Source: Octopus vulgaris
Lineage: Eukaryota
Length of the DNA: 64,000 bases
Assembly (NCBI GenBank): GCA_951406725.2
Contig: OX597827.1
Coordinates: 48,484,001 to 48,548,000 of the forward strand
Direction of reading: 5' to 3'
This document shows positions 1-12,325 of this stretch, piece by piece. Positions within the stretch are counted from its first letter, which is position 1, and every line of letters starts with the position of its first letter. Below the pieces are notes generated by a model, which had not been told where the DNA came from, searched no databases, and saw only the letters and a list, made by a program, of their open reading frames with translations. The position numbers and the translations under genes are program-made.

Positions 1-207
1 GGGCTAAACACAGAGAGGACAAATAAGGACAGACAAACAGATTAAGTCGGTTATATCGACCCCAGTGCGTAACTGGTACTTATTTCATCGACCCCGAAAG
101 GATGAAAGGCAAAGTCGATCTCGGCGGAATTTGAACTCGGAACGTAGCGGTAGACAAAATACCGCTAAGCATTTTGCCCGGCGCGGTAACGATTCTGCCA
201 ACTCGCC
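1..207 (-). mobile_element. tRNA-derived SINE family A (Meta/MESC-like central domain), cut by window edge
   Basis: Reverse complement of the 984-1217 copy, including the CTTTGCCTTTCATCCTTTCGGGGTCGAT core and a B-box-like GAGTTCAAATTCC. Confidence 0.9.
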
Positions 208-244
208 ACATTAATACCGCTTCATATAATCCTTTCTACAGATA

Positions 245-440
245 ATCCTTTCTGCTAGAGGCACAAGACCTTAAACTTGGGGGAGGGAGACAGTCGATTA
301 CATCGACCTCAGTACTCAACTGGTACTTATTTTATGAAACTTAAACTCGTCCTCGGCAGGATTTGAGCTCAGAACGTACATACGGGCGAAATGCTGGTAA
401 GTATTTTCCCAGCGTGCTAAAAGTTCTGCCAGCCCACCGC
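245..440 (-). mobile_element. SINE family A, alternative-tail subfamily, diverged
   Basis: Same head/core as family A; the tail reads AATCCTTTCT..AGGCACAAGACC on +. Confidence 0.75.
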
Positions 441-983
441 GCTAACACCGCTTAAATAATTAGAGGACAAATCACATAATAGTTATCAGCCTTGAATATT
501 TAGCTTAGTGATGTCTGACACCAAGGACAATGCATCAAGTACAAGTACTAGTTGAGAACTAGGGTCGATATAATCAACTGAACCCCTCTTCTAAAACTGT
601 TGTTAGTCTTGTACCATAACTTGAAACCAATATTTTATAAAACTCTAATGCCCCCCATTAAAAAGAATCTTCGTGAAATATTAAACTCCGGTCTTCCCCA
701 CAAGTTAAAATACTTCATTTCATTTCACCAAGAATTTCTGATTATCGTTTGCTGATCCAGAGCGCCACTACTTTAGCAGTATTCTCCTGATTTACTTCAC
801 TATTTCAGTGCCACATTTTTCAATGATCCGTGAATTTTTCATGGAACTTATTGAAATATAACAACAATGAAATTGTTGTTATTCTAGTACCGTTTTGTAT
901 AGCATTCTATTATATATATATTTATATAGGCGTGGAACGAGTCTATCTAATATTTCACTTCAGAGAAACATTACAGCTAGTAA

Positions 984-1217
984 AGGTGGCGAGCTGGCAG
1001 AATCGTTAGCACGCCGGGCGAAATGCTTAGCGGCATTTCGCCTGTCGCTACGTTCTGAGTTCAAATTCCGCCGAGGTCGACTTTGCCTTTCATCCTTTCG
1101 GAGTCGATATATTAAGTACCAGTTATGCACTGTGGGTCGACGTAATCGACTTAATCCCTTTGTCTGTCTTTGTTTGTCCCCTCTATGTTTAGCCCCTTGT
1201 GAGCAGTAAAAAAAAAA
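984..1217 (+). mobile_element. Full-length SINE family A with 20-bp target-site duplication
   Basis: Head GGTGGCGAGCTGGCAGAATCGTTAG, B-box GAGTTCAAATTCC, A-tail; flanked by AGAAACATTACAGCTAGTAA at 964-983 and 1218-1237. Confidence 0.95.
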
Positions 1218-3976
1218 AGAAACATTACAGCTAGTAACGTACTGTGTGTCTCTACACGTCCTAGTGTTATACAAACCGGTATTTTAATATAATGCTGTTT
1301 CAAGTGTATACCTTATGTAATAATGTAGGAAGGTTTTGTCTTTGAATTTTAAGAAAGTTCTTAAGAGATTTGAAACTAGTTGCTAATGAAGTGATTAGAT
1401 ATTTTGAGCTGAGAGAATTCCCGGTGTTTGTAAATATGTGGTTGAGTTGGTTGAGGTGGTGGAAATGTTGATGCACGCACCAAATTGTATGTATACATTA
1501 ACCTCGACGCAAGCTGAGCTTAGAACACAGAGAATCAGAGCAAATACTGACATTCATTTTATCCGGTGTTCTAATGACTCTTTTAGTTTAATGAATTCAA
1601 TACTTAAAAATTACTAAGCTTGAAATTATTACTGCGAATACAAGTCATCAATTGTTAGAAAATCTTCGTCATATCTAAGGAATTGACGAGTAAGCCTCTA
1701 AATGGCTGCTTTTGTCTTCTAGAAATAACAACCAAATTATTACATATATTTGGATATTGTTGCTCTAGTTATGTTGCGTGTAACAATAAGATGGAATGGT
1801 CAAGACTGGATAACGGGATTATAGGTGCCTGCATGAACAAAGCTGACTTAGTGCTAAATGACAATATAACAATAACATTATTGTCATAACATTTCTAACA
1901 GTCATTTTCGCCTTACTTTGTTACATGAGAGAAAATTCCATAGTAAAAACCATATATACATATAATGGAATTTGTTTTGAGTTAAGCATTTTTGAATGTA
2001 GAATATATTGCAGTGCAACATTGTTCCAATGTTGTTTAATGCTAAGTCCACAATCATTATTTCCACAAATATATCATTTCCTTTTCTACAACATCCAAAT
2101 AATTATACCTTTGTTGTAAAGTGACGCTGAAATGACAGCTATTTCTAAAGCCTCACACTTAAAGAGCTCATACTGTTTTAGCGTCGTCCATTGGTGTTCT
2201 GCTTTAGATTATTTCCCAGATGGAATAAATTTTTACCTTCATCAGAAGGGACAGAACTAAAATCTAATGTCTGTGTACAGTGATCGATTCGGTGTATGCA
2301 CTATGCCTCTATACGAGTCTGATCTACCACTGGAACATATCAATAGACTATTGCTTAAAGGAGGGTTAATGTGTAAATTAAAAAAAAAAACTCTAGGCAG
2401 TTTGACAATATTTATCATTATTTAGAGTGTTTCGTAAATCGATTCTAATTACCATTTGTGATAACTTGTAAAATGATGCACTCAGAGAATAAATAGTAGC
2501 GTATATGACTGTTTATAGGGTCTCCGAGGATTGAAAGAAAAAGAAAAGAAATTGTTCTCTGACTGAAGACCTGGTCGCAATATTTGCAAAATAATGCATT
2601 CCCTGAAATACACTCTACTGTCAGGTTGTAGAGTTGAACCAGTTTACCGATTAAGTCTGTCGCAGAAGAAAATTAATTGCCACTCTGACAAGCATTTGCA
2701 CACTTCCTGTCTTCTAAACATCAATAAAAAACGTATTGGCCCACCTTAATTCTATAGTAGAAAACACCCTCTACTTTACTGCACTGTAAGATCGAACGTG
2801 AAGCTACTTAGTTTCGAGGTTTCTAAATTTTATAGCTATGCCTGCTTACTTTCATTATTACTTTCTCACATGGGAAACAGAATGTACGAGGTATGTAGTG
2901 TGTTTGATTCAATCGGTTATAAATCTAACCTAACAAACGCCCAGTCTTTCATCCAGATGGGAAAAGTCGATAGCCTAATTTGAAATGGACTTGCCACTGA
3001 TTGGTAAAATAAGCGACAAGCAGCGCCATCAAATTTTAATTTCCAGACAAACTACATCATTTTTTCATTTTTCCATGCCACTAGGAGCATTGACGTAAAA
3101 ACTTTCCTTTTATTCCAGCTTAAACTACATATGGTTTATACTTACTTAAAAACTGTGCTACTATGGTTCATTTTAAAAATACATTACCAAATAATTGAGT
3201 TGATTTCTCTCCGGTGAAATGTGTCGTACTAACCGCAATGTTCTGAATGGCTATCTTAAAGTTTACGACTTTAAAAGAATAGGTCATAAACCGGTAAAGT
3301 CTTCCTATGATTATAACAGTGAATCCTTTAATTTGGTCAGATCAAAATGCCAGGTCAGTAGAAGTAATAAGATCAACATAGACGTATTATCCATTATCCG
3401 TTAACTATTCACAATTTTGGTTGCATCTTAACTGTTAACACGTATTTTGGCCTAAATTTCTCTAACATTATGTATCATGAAGCATTATTCTTCTATGACT
3501 TTGTTTAATGTTCTATCCCTTTATTGAATATTTACGAGTCTTTAATATAATGCAGTGTAGCTTTCTTCAAAGCTTGTTCACTCATTTATTTCTATTCACT
3601 TTCTCAACTTCTTTTTATATTTCACCCGAATAATTAAATTATTATTACATTTATACGAATCTGGTGAAGTGGCAGAATCATCTGAGCTTCACAATAAATG
3701 AACTACGGTATATAATTTCTACGCTCTTCATTCTGAACAGAAATCCTGCTGGGTCAGCTTAGATTCACCCTTGGTTGATAATAGAATAAGCACCGAAAAC
3801 TACAAAACTGTTGGTATAAATTTAATATAAAGGAAACCCTTTCTAACATGTTGTCCTGTCCAAAGGAACCCTTATAGTGTGATTCTATTTTCTCTTTCCA
3901 TGTGAATTATCAAAAGAAACAAATTAAAAAAATTTTTTACATCAATACATGACAATTAAGCAGAGTTCATACGGCG

Positions 3977-3977
<1 letters not shown>

Positions 3978-4062
<85 letters not shown>

Positions 4063-4113
4063 GTATGTATATTTATATATATATATTTATGAATGCATAT
4101 TTATATATATTTT

Positions 4114-4152
<39 letters not shown>
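3978..4152. repeat. (CA)n/(TA)n microsatellite
   Basis: Direct inspection. Confidence 0.95.
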
Positions 4153-4156
<4 letters not shown>

Positions 4157-4951
4157 CAACAATTGAGGGTAAAATTAATTAATTATTAATCAATTTCACC
4201 AAGTATTCAGTATGCAAAGGGACCATTTAAGGCGAATTCAAATTATTACATTATATAAAAGGGCTTAGTAAAATAAATTACTTTGCCACATACTGAACTC
4301 ATTAGAAATAGTAGCTAAAAAAACTTTTTTAAAACTATTTCTAATACTTAAAGAAAATCTCTCTCATATAGTGTTTGCTCCATTCAACTCACGAAAGTAT
4401 GGGGGTAAAGACATTAAAGAATCAAATGCAAATGTTATTTGAGAACGTACGTTTCTAGATTAGTCAACTCGACATTTCTATCATCAGATCAGAACTCCTT
4501 GGTTTGGATTTGAAAACACTGAAAGTGGGAGCATACCCTTTCGGCTTCTTATCTCTTCTGAAGATCTGCTCGAAACTAACAGTGCCAGCAAACTCAAAAT
4601 ATGCAAGCGAAGAATTTCTGCTCTCCCCTTTCCACCAGCGTGGGTTAAAATCAGTAAACACTATGCTTTTTCGGTAAAATCCGAAGCATTAAATAGAGAG
4701 AGATGAATTATAATTTCAACAATTGAGGGTAAAATTAATTAATTATTAATCAATTTCACCAAGTATTCAGTATGCAAAGGGACCATTTAAGGCGAATTCA
4801 AATTATTACATTATATAAAAGGGCTTAGTAAAATAAATTACTTTGCCACATACTGAACTCATTAGAAATAGTAGCTAAAAAAACTTTTTTAAAACTATTT
4901 CTAATACTTAAAGAAAATCTCTCTCATATAGTGTTTGCTCCATTCAACTCA
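4153..4951 (-). mobile_element. Penelope pLTR/retrozyme-like partial tandem (560-bp period) in (TA)n
   Basis: 4153-4391 is repeated, apparently exactly, at 4713-4951; an HHR motif lies on - between the repeats; both flanks are (TA)n. Confidence 0.75.
4438..4493 (-). ncRNA. Type I hammerhead ribozyme motif, stem I imperfect
   Basis: Minus strand: TCTGAT CTGATGA TAGA-17nt-TCTA GAAA CGTACG TT CTCAAA. Core and stem II are intact and stem III is palindromic; stem I has 2 mismatches. Confidence 0.65.
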
Positions 4952-5099
4952 AAGTAATTAAATTATATATATATATATATATCTATATATATATATATAT
5001 TTATAAATGTATATTTATATATATTTTTATATATACATATATATATATATTTATATATCTATATATATATATTTATAAATGTATATTTATATATATTTT

Positions 5100-5155
<56 letters not shown>

Positions 5156-5156
5156 C

Positions 5157-5200
<44 letters not shown>

Positions 5201-5315
5201 CATGTATATATATATATATTCAAAAATATAAGGAATGGCCATAATAGGACATTCGACTCATTAGAAAGAGCAGCCAAACTCATCGCCTCGTGGATATATG
5301 TTCGTCCTTGGCTTT

Positions 5316-5406
5316 TCTGCTGACGAGGTACACCAGTTGTAAATAAATTTAATTTAATTTAATTAATTTGTTTACTAAAGTTTGCCGAAACTATGCATAG
5401 TCCAGA
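5316..5406 (+). ncRNA. Type I hammerhead ribozyme with extended stem II
   Basis: TCTG CTGACGA GGTA-52nt-TGCC GAAA CTATGCATAG TC CAGA; GUC cleavage triplet. Confidence 0.85.
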
Positions 5407-5780
5407 TATGAAAGGGTAAACGTTTTTATTTCTCTTTCAATTTCAGAATTACAACTATTAGCGGTTTGAATTTGGCTGCTCTTTCTAGTGAGTCGAATGT
5501 CCTATTATGGCCATTCCTTATATTTTTGAATGCATATTATATAGTATTTGACTAACTTTTCTTTCTCAGGGACCGCTGGTAGCGGATACTTTTTTCTAGA
5601 ATGTTTTGTTACCCTTATATTTATTAATTAATGATTTTTTTGGCTAATTTTGAAATTAAATCAGCAGTTTATATTTGCTGCTGAGAAGACCGCGCGATTG
5701 CGGTAAATTTTGAAAATTTAGAGCATATAGACTTGAGGCTTCCTTACCATCGCCTCGTGGATATATATTCGTGCTTGGCT

Positions 5781-5875
5781 TCTCTGCTGATGAGGCACGC
5801 CAGTTGTAAATAAATTTAATTTAATTTAATTAATTTGTGTACAAAAGTTTGCCGAAACTATGCATAGTCCAAAGA
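5781..5875 (+). ncRNA. Type I hammerhead ribozyme with extended stem II
   Basis: TCTCTG CTGATGA GGCA-52nt-TGCC GAAA CTATGCATAG TC CAAAGA. Confidence 0.85.
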
Positions 5876-6096
5876 TGAAAGGGTAAACGTTTTTTTATTT
5901 CTCTTTCAATTTCAGAATTACAACTATTAGCGGTTTGAGTTTGGCTGCTCTTTCTAGTGAGTCGAATGTCCTATTATGGCCATTCCTTATATTTTTGAAT
6001 GTATATTATATAGTCTTCGACTAACTTTTCTCTCTCACTGGACCGCTGGTAGCGGAGAATTTTTTCTAGAATGTTTTGCTACCTTTATATTTATTG

Positions 6097-6097
<1 letters not shown>

Positions 6098-6135
<38 letters not shown>

Positions 6136-6181
6136 ATGTGTATGTGTGTATGTGTATGAGTATGCATGTATGTATACACAC

Positions 6182-6223
<42 letters not shown>

Positions 6224-6290
6224 GTGTGTGTGTGAGTATGTGTATGTATGTGTATGTATATATGTAGATATGTGTGTATGTGTATGTGTG

Positions 6291-6338
<48 letters not shown>

Positions 6339-6441
6339 AATGTGTGTGTATATGTACATATATATATATGTGTGTAAGTGTGTGTATATATGTATGTGTA
6401 AGTGTGTGTGTGTGTATGAGTATGTATGTATGTATGCACAC

Positions 6442-6501
<60 letters not shown>

Positions 6502-6566
6502 GTGTGTATGTATATGTATGTGTGTGTATATATATATATATGTGTGTGTGTGTATGTGTGTATATG

Positions 6567-6597
<31 letters not shown>

Positions 6598-6634
6598 ATG
6601 TGTATGTGTGTGTATGTATATGTATGTATATGTG

Positions 6635-6685
<51 letters not shown>

Positions 6686-6825
6686 GTGTATGTATATATA
6701 TGTATATATGTGTGGGTATGTGTATGTATATATGTACATATACGTGTACGCTCGTGTGTTTATGTATATGTAGGTACGTAGAGTTATGTATGTATGTATG
6801 TATGTATATGTACATATGTGTAAGT

Positions 6826-6865
<40 letters not shown>

Positions 6866-7331
6866 GCGCATACATACACATACATATACATACATATACT
6901 CATACACACACATATATATATATATATATATACACATATATATATATATACATATATACACACATACACATATGTACATACATACATATACATATATACA
7001 CACACACATACATACACATATACATACACACACATACACATATACATGCGTACCCATATACACACACACACGCGCGCATCCGTATATACACATAAGTACA
7101 CACATGCGTAAAAGTATACATATATCTATACATATGCTTACACACACAGACACACACACGCGCCTCCTTATGTTCATATACTTACATGCATACTCAAAAA
7201 ATAAATAATAAAATATATATACGTGCAGTTGTTCATATACATACATGCATACTCAAAAATAAATAATAAATATTAAGTATATATTTACGTGCAATTACCT
7301 ATTATACAGACGGATACATACATATAAACTT

Positions 7332-7377
<46 letters not shown>

Positions 7378-7771
7378 GTGTGTGTGTGTAAGTTTATATG
7401 TATGTATCCGTCTGTATAATAGGTAATTGCACGTAAATATATACTTAATATTTATTATTTATTTTTTGAGTATGCATGTATGTATATGAACAACTGCACG
7501 TATATATATTTTATTATTTATTTTTTGAGTATGCATGTAAGTATATGAACATAAGGAGGCGCGTGTGTGTGTCTGTGTGTGTAAGCATATGTATAGATAT
7601 ATGTATACTTTTACGCATGTGTGTACTTATGTGTATATACGGATGCGCGCGTGTGTGTGTGTATATGGGTACGCATGTATATGTGTATGTGTGTGTATGT
7701 ATATGTGTATGTATGTGTGTGTGTATATATGTATATGTATGTATGTACATATGTGTATGTGTGTATATATG

Positions 7772-7815
<44 letters not shown>

Positions 7816-7905
7816 AGTATATGTATGTATATGTATGTGTATGTATGCGCGTATATATATGTATATGTATATGTGTGGGTGTGTGTATGTGTATATATAT
7901 GTATG

Positions 7906-7958
<53 letters not shown>

Positions 7959-8374
7959 TTGTATGTAGGTGTATATGTATGTGTGTATATATATTTATTG
8001 GTGTATATGTATGGACTAGTCTTCTAAGCGTGTAGACATGAATCTGTAGGTACGCGTACGTATGTGTATATATGTGAATGTATGTAGATGTATGTATGTA
8101 TGAATATAACGCGTGCGTGCGTGTATGTGTATGAGTGTACGAATGAGTGAGTGCGCGTGCTAATGAGTCTGCGTGCGTGAGTGAGTGCTTGTATTCGAGT
8201 AGAAAGATAAATGGACTTGCTGTCGTAGCCAAGATGCTTGTGACCCGCTGTCAAAGATAACAAAAGTAATAAATGAAGATAATAATAAAATTAAAATTAG
8301 GGAATGGGTTTGTATTTGTATGTATATGTGTGTATGTGTAGGTATGTATAGGTACACATATGTATATATATATG

Positions 8375-8407
<33 letters not shown>

Positions 8408-8578
8408 GTATGTGTATATATGGACTTGTGTGTGCATGTGTGTATGTAGATATGTGTGTGTATGTGTGTATGTGTAGGTATGTGTATGTATATATTTTTT
8501 TGTGTGTATATATATGTGTGGGCGTGTGTGTATATATACATGTGTGTGTATATATGTGTGCATATGTATGTATATATA

Positions 8579-8609
<31 letters not shown>

Positions 8610-8712
8610 GTATATATACATATATGTATATATATGTGTGTGTGTGTATGTATGTGTGTATGTATATGTGTGCGTGTGTATGTATATATATACATATGTG
8701 TATATGTATAAG
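6098..8712. repeat. Compound (TA)/(TG)/(CA)/(TATG) microsatellite field
   Basis: Direct inspection; source of the many YI/CV/HT ORFs. Confidence 0.95.
6862..7858. repeat. ~1-kb inverted repeat (arms ~490 bp, centre ~7361 in a TA tract)
   Basis: Unique anchors are mirrored (CGCGCCTCCTTATGTTC / GAACATAAGGAGGCGCG; GCAATTACCTATTATACAGACGGATAC / GTATCCGTCTGTATAATAGGTAATTGC). ORFs 6098..7246(-) and 7476..8027(+) have identical N-termini. Confidence 0.95.
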
Positions 8713-8714
8713 TG

Positions 8715-9080
8715 AGAATTTCCTTATTTACCTAAAACTCTATTCTTCTATATATTTTTCTATATATTTTTTATTCTTTTATTTTATTTATTCTTTTATT
8801 TATTCTTTTATCTATTTTACCACTGACTCCATGACCACTCCCCCAAGTATGATATTTTTGCGCTATGCCTACCCCCAAAAAGTCCCCCACCACCACCCCT
8901 TTAAACCTGCCTAAATGTATAAATGCCAATACAATTCTTGTTAACTAGCCTCCTGATGATTTCTCTTGAATGAAACAGTTCTAGTCCTGTAGAAGCTCCT
9001 TCTATATAATAAATTAATTTTACTCTGCTATATATTGAGTACCTTATTTACTGTGGTTAACCCCGAATCAACCCGGGACC

Positions 9081-9083
<3 letters not shown>
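8715..9083 (+). mobile_element. Penelope pLTR-like element (HHR, AATAAA, tail, (TA)n)
   Basis: HHR at 8947-8997, AATAAA at 9008-9013, short tail ending in (TA)n; 5' boundary uncertain. Confidence 0.65.
8947..8997 (+). ncRNA. Type I hammerhead ribozyme motif
   Basis: AGCCTC CTGATGA T TTC tctt GAA T GAAA CAG ttctagtc CTG TA GAAGCT. Stem III is two changes from the palindrome CAGGACTAGTCCTG. Confidence 0.75.
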
Positions 9084-9138
<55 letters not shown>

Positions 9139-9185
9139 TAGATAGATACATACATATATATATATATATATAGATAGATAGATAC

Positions 9186-9222
<37 letters not shown>

Positions 9223-9400
9223 CCTACTAGAAATGCGTGCGTCCTTATGATAGATATAATTTTAATTTTATTTCTATGTAATGCTATTTTAGACCTGCGA
9301 CCATCTATATTAATGTTACTATTATCACCTATTTGTATTGCCTTCGATAATAATAGCCTTATTAATGCCTATATAAATATTCAATACTATATATTTGCTC

Positions 9401-9454
<54 letters not shown>

Positions 9455-9458
9455 TATA

Positions 9459-9835
9459 TGAAGGAATGAGGGAATCGGAAAATAGAATTCACGAGGATCT
9501 TTATTCATGGCAAGGATCGTTTCAGCCCAACTTGCATCGGACCCTTGCGGGTGTAATACTACACAACTGGTTGTGTGGCGTCCTCCAGTGGTGTTATCTA
9601 TCCTCAGGTGCCCTGTTTTAAAGAATATACCCCTCGCTCAGTATGCTCGGTTTAGCTTGCTTCGATTATACGGCATATTGTTATTGCCAGTAAAATGTCA
9701 CATATAATGTCAGGGGATGAATAGTTTCCGGCTTATACCCGGTGAATGGATCTACCGACATGAGGTATTCATAAATAATGAAGGTGCCATAATCGGCATA
9801 ATATAAGGTGATTACCCAAAATCTAATCATCACTT
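9459..9835 (-). mobile_element. pLTR-like element with variant hammerhead-like motif (9510-9548)
   Basis: Minus: GCAAGGGT CCGATGC AAGTTGGGCT GAAA CG ATCCTTGC, then AATAAA (9500-9505) and a tail into a TA/CA tract. Confidence 0.45.
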
Positions 9836-9854
9836 TTATATATATATATATATA

Positions 9855-10012
9855 CTTTTATTTTTTATTTGTTTCAGTCATTTGACTGAAGCACTGCCTT
9901 TAGTCAAAAAATCAACCTCAGGGCTTATTCTATCACACACTTTTGCCGAATCGCACTGCACCAACACACTGTTTGTCAAGTGACGTTGAGGGCACAAACA
10001 CAGACACACAAA
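9855..10012 (-). mobile_element. SINE family B 3' fragment
   Basis: TTGTTTCAGTCATTTGACTG...TTTTGCCGAA...CAAACACAGACACAC matches family B. Confidence 0.8.
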
Positions 10013-10317
10013 CGCCCGCGCGTGCACGTGTGTGTATGTGTGTGATTTGTTGCAATTCTGACTGATTTGAATTTGATTTTATATGTCATAATTGGAAAAA
10101 ATTAACATAGTGTGTTACAAGTTTCCGACATACCAATCAATAATTCACCGAACTGTTAATAGCAAGCGTAACCAAGAAATGTCGGTGTATGGCAGCTAAG
10201 TGGCTACTCTCGTTAAGAAACATATTTTGATGATGTGTAACGATGAATGGTACATGAACACACGTATATGTATACACACCACACATACTTACAAACACAC
10301 ATGCACATACACACATG

Positions 10318-10510
10318 TCCTTTCGACTATACACAGAAAGCCTGAAATATTCGGGATGGGTGGTTACTCGATTACATCGACCCCAGTGCTCAACTGGTAT
10401 TTATTTTACCGCACCTGAATGCTTGAAAGGCAAACTTGACCACGACGGAATTTGTGCTCAGTACACAAAGACATGTTGAAGCATGTTAAATATTCTGCCA
10501 GATCACCTTT
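10318..10510 (-). mobile_element. SINE family A, diverged
   Basis: TCGATTACATCGACCCCAGTGCTCAACTGGTA...GAAAGGCAAA...CGGAATTTG. Confidence 0.75.
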
Positions 10511-10795
10511 TGTATATATAGTCTCGTGTAGATATTGAGTCATTTTTCTTCGTTTGTAAGCACAAGCGTCTGCCAAAATATATACGTTCCTTAAACTGTT
10601 GAACACTTTCTCCGGACAAAGTTATAAAAGCCTACATTTGAAGAGCAAAATGAGAAATGTCCTAGAAAGTTCGTCCCGAAAGATAACTAAGTTTCTGTCA
10701 AATTGTATGGAGTAGGGATTTTAAATATGTCTGAGTATTATATTATTTTTAACGAGTTTTAAAGCTTCTTTCCATGCTAACCCCTAATATATAAT

Positions 10796-10977
10796 ACTCC
10801 TTTCTAATATGAGCACAAACCCTAAAATTTAGGAAAAGGACGCTAGTAAAATACATGAACCCTAAAGGACGAAAGCAAAGACATCCTTTGCGGAATTTGA
10901 ACTGAGAACCTAAAGCCGTGCGAAATGCCACTAAGCAATTTTCCCATCATACTAACGATTCTGCCAGCTCGCCACCT
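10796..10977 (-). mobile_element. SINE family A, diverged
   Basis: GCGGAATTTGAACTGAGAAC...CTAACGATTCTGCCAGCTCGCCACCT. Confidence 0.75.
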
Positions 10978-11549
10978 TCCAAATATAGAGAAATGAACCG
11001 GGCAAAATGTCAGAAAATATACAAATTGATTTATCGTGTTATTGAACCTCGAACTACGCTGTTGCAAAGAGAAATTCTGAAACACAGTGTACTTACAGTT
11101 CCTTGATGTGTATTTCATGAAGAAAGGAGAAAATCTAAAAACCGGTGTTCGTATTACAGTATTGTGGATGTCAAAATATATTTTGGGTATCAAATAATAG
11201 CCGTTGGTCAATCATTCATGTTATCATACCGAACAAAGAGTCTCTTACCAGAATGTTCTCTCTCCAGATCACACAACTCCCACTGATCTTCTATCGTATT
11301 TATATCTCGCAAGACATGAGTTCTTGTATAATCGATGAAGCATTTCGTTATTTTAAATGTTCAAAGGAAATCAATGTTGCTTTAAAGTGAAGAAAGATAC
11401 GCTTATGGATGCTATTTTAAAACAGATTCACGACTGCACAACAGGAAATATTACTCGTGCGTCTCCAAAATCACATAATGAGATATCAGACTCCTCGGTA
11501 TTGAATAACGGTATGTTATAATTGTTGACATTTAGAAGTCCTCAACAGA

Positions 11550-11862
11550 AGGCGTAGGAGTGGCTGTGTGGTAACTAGCTTGCTTACCAACCCCATGGTT
11601 CCGGGTTCAGTCCCACTGCGTGGCACCTTCTACTGTATGTGTATGTATATGTTTGTGTGTCTGTGTTTGTCCCTCAAACAACGCTTGACAACTGATGCTG
11701 GTGTGTTTACTCCCCCCTAACTTAGCGGTTCGGTTAAAGAGACCGATAGAATAATTACTAGGTTTACAAAGAATAAATCCTGGGGCAGATTTGCTCGACT
11801 AAAAGCAGTGCTCCAGCATGGCCACAGTCAAATGACTGAAACAAGTAAAAGAGTAAAAGAGA
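11550..11862 (+). mobile_element. tRNA-derived SINE family B (CORE-like), internally deleted
   Basis: Head GGCGTAGGAGTGGCTGTGTGGTAA...GGTTCAGTCCC; tail GACTGAAACAAGTAAAAGAGTAAAAGAG. Confidence 0.9.
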
Positions 11863-11971
11863 AAACTAAACCTAAGAAATATTATATAATTATTAGTTCA
11901 ATACCACAAATAAAATAAAATACACTCTGAATGTGGTGGAATACGCTTTGCAGCATATTGAACTCATTCAT

Positions 11972-12325
11972 GTTGGTTTCAAATTTTGGAAGAAGACCAG
12001 TAATTTTATGGGGCGGGGTAAGTCGATAACATCGAACCCAGTGCTTAACTGTTACTTATTTTATCACTCCTAAGTAATGAAAGTCTAATTTGATTGCGGT
12101 GGATTGAACTCATTCATATTAAAAATACTTTTAAGACAGCAAGCTGGTAGAAATGTTTGTACACCCAGCAAAATGAGCGACGATTCGCCCGTCTTTACGT
12201 CGCATTTTAATTCCTTCGAGGTTGACTAGGCATTTTATACTCTCGAGGTCGGTAAAATAAGGTCCAGTTGAAATCGACCATCCGTTCCCCTGAAATTCTG
12301 ATCTTGTACCAAACTTCGAAACCAA
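11972..12325. mobile_element. Two diverged SINE family A copies head-to-head (- then +)
   Basis: AAGTCGATAACATCGAACCCAGTG (-) and AAGCTGGTAGAAATGTT...GAGGTCGGTAAAATAAG (+). Confidence 0.6.

Larger units (their letters stand above)
5219..6097 (+). mobile_element. Penelope pLTR/retrozyme-like tandem dimer (467-bp period) with inverted 5' fragment
   Basis: 5281-~5630 is repeated at 5748-~6097; 5219-5281 is the reverse complement of ~5468-5530; one HHR per unit; (TA)n on both sides. Confidence 0.85.

Noticed and set aside
895-1274. Recurrent ORFs such as RKDERQSRPRRNLNSER and RQASFSFRLPNPLTRHW
   Set aside because: Chance frames through SINE families A and B.
2205-2250. Minus-strand CTGATGA...GAAA motif
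   Set aside because: Stem II is offset by extra bases and stems I/III do not pair convincingly.
5674-5725. Possible second hammerhead within the 467-bp unit (CTGAGAA GACCGC..GCGGT AAA)
   Set aside because: Both core strands are defective; only the small hairpin is supported.
5976-8914. Long ORFs up to 382 aa (YI/CV/HT-rich), and similar ones throughout the window
   Set aside because: Translations of dinucleotide microsatellites that lack stop codons; no coding evidence.
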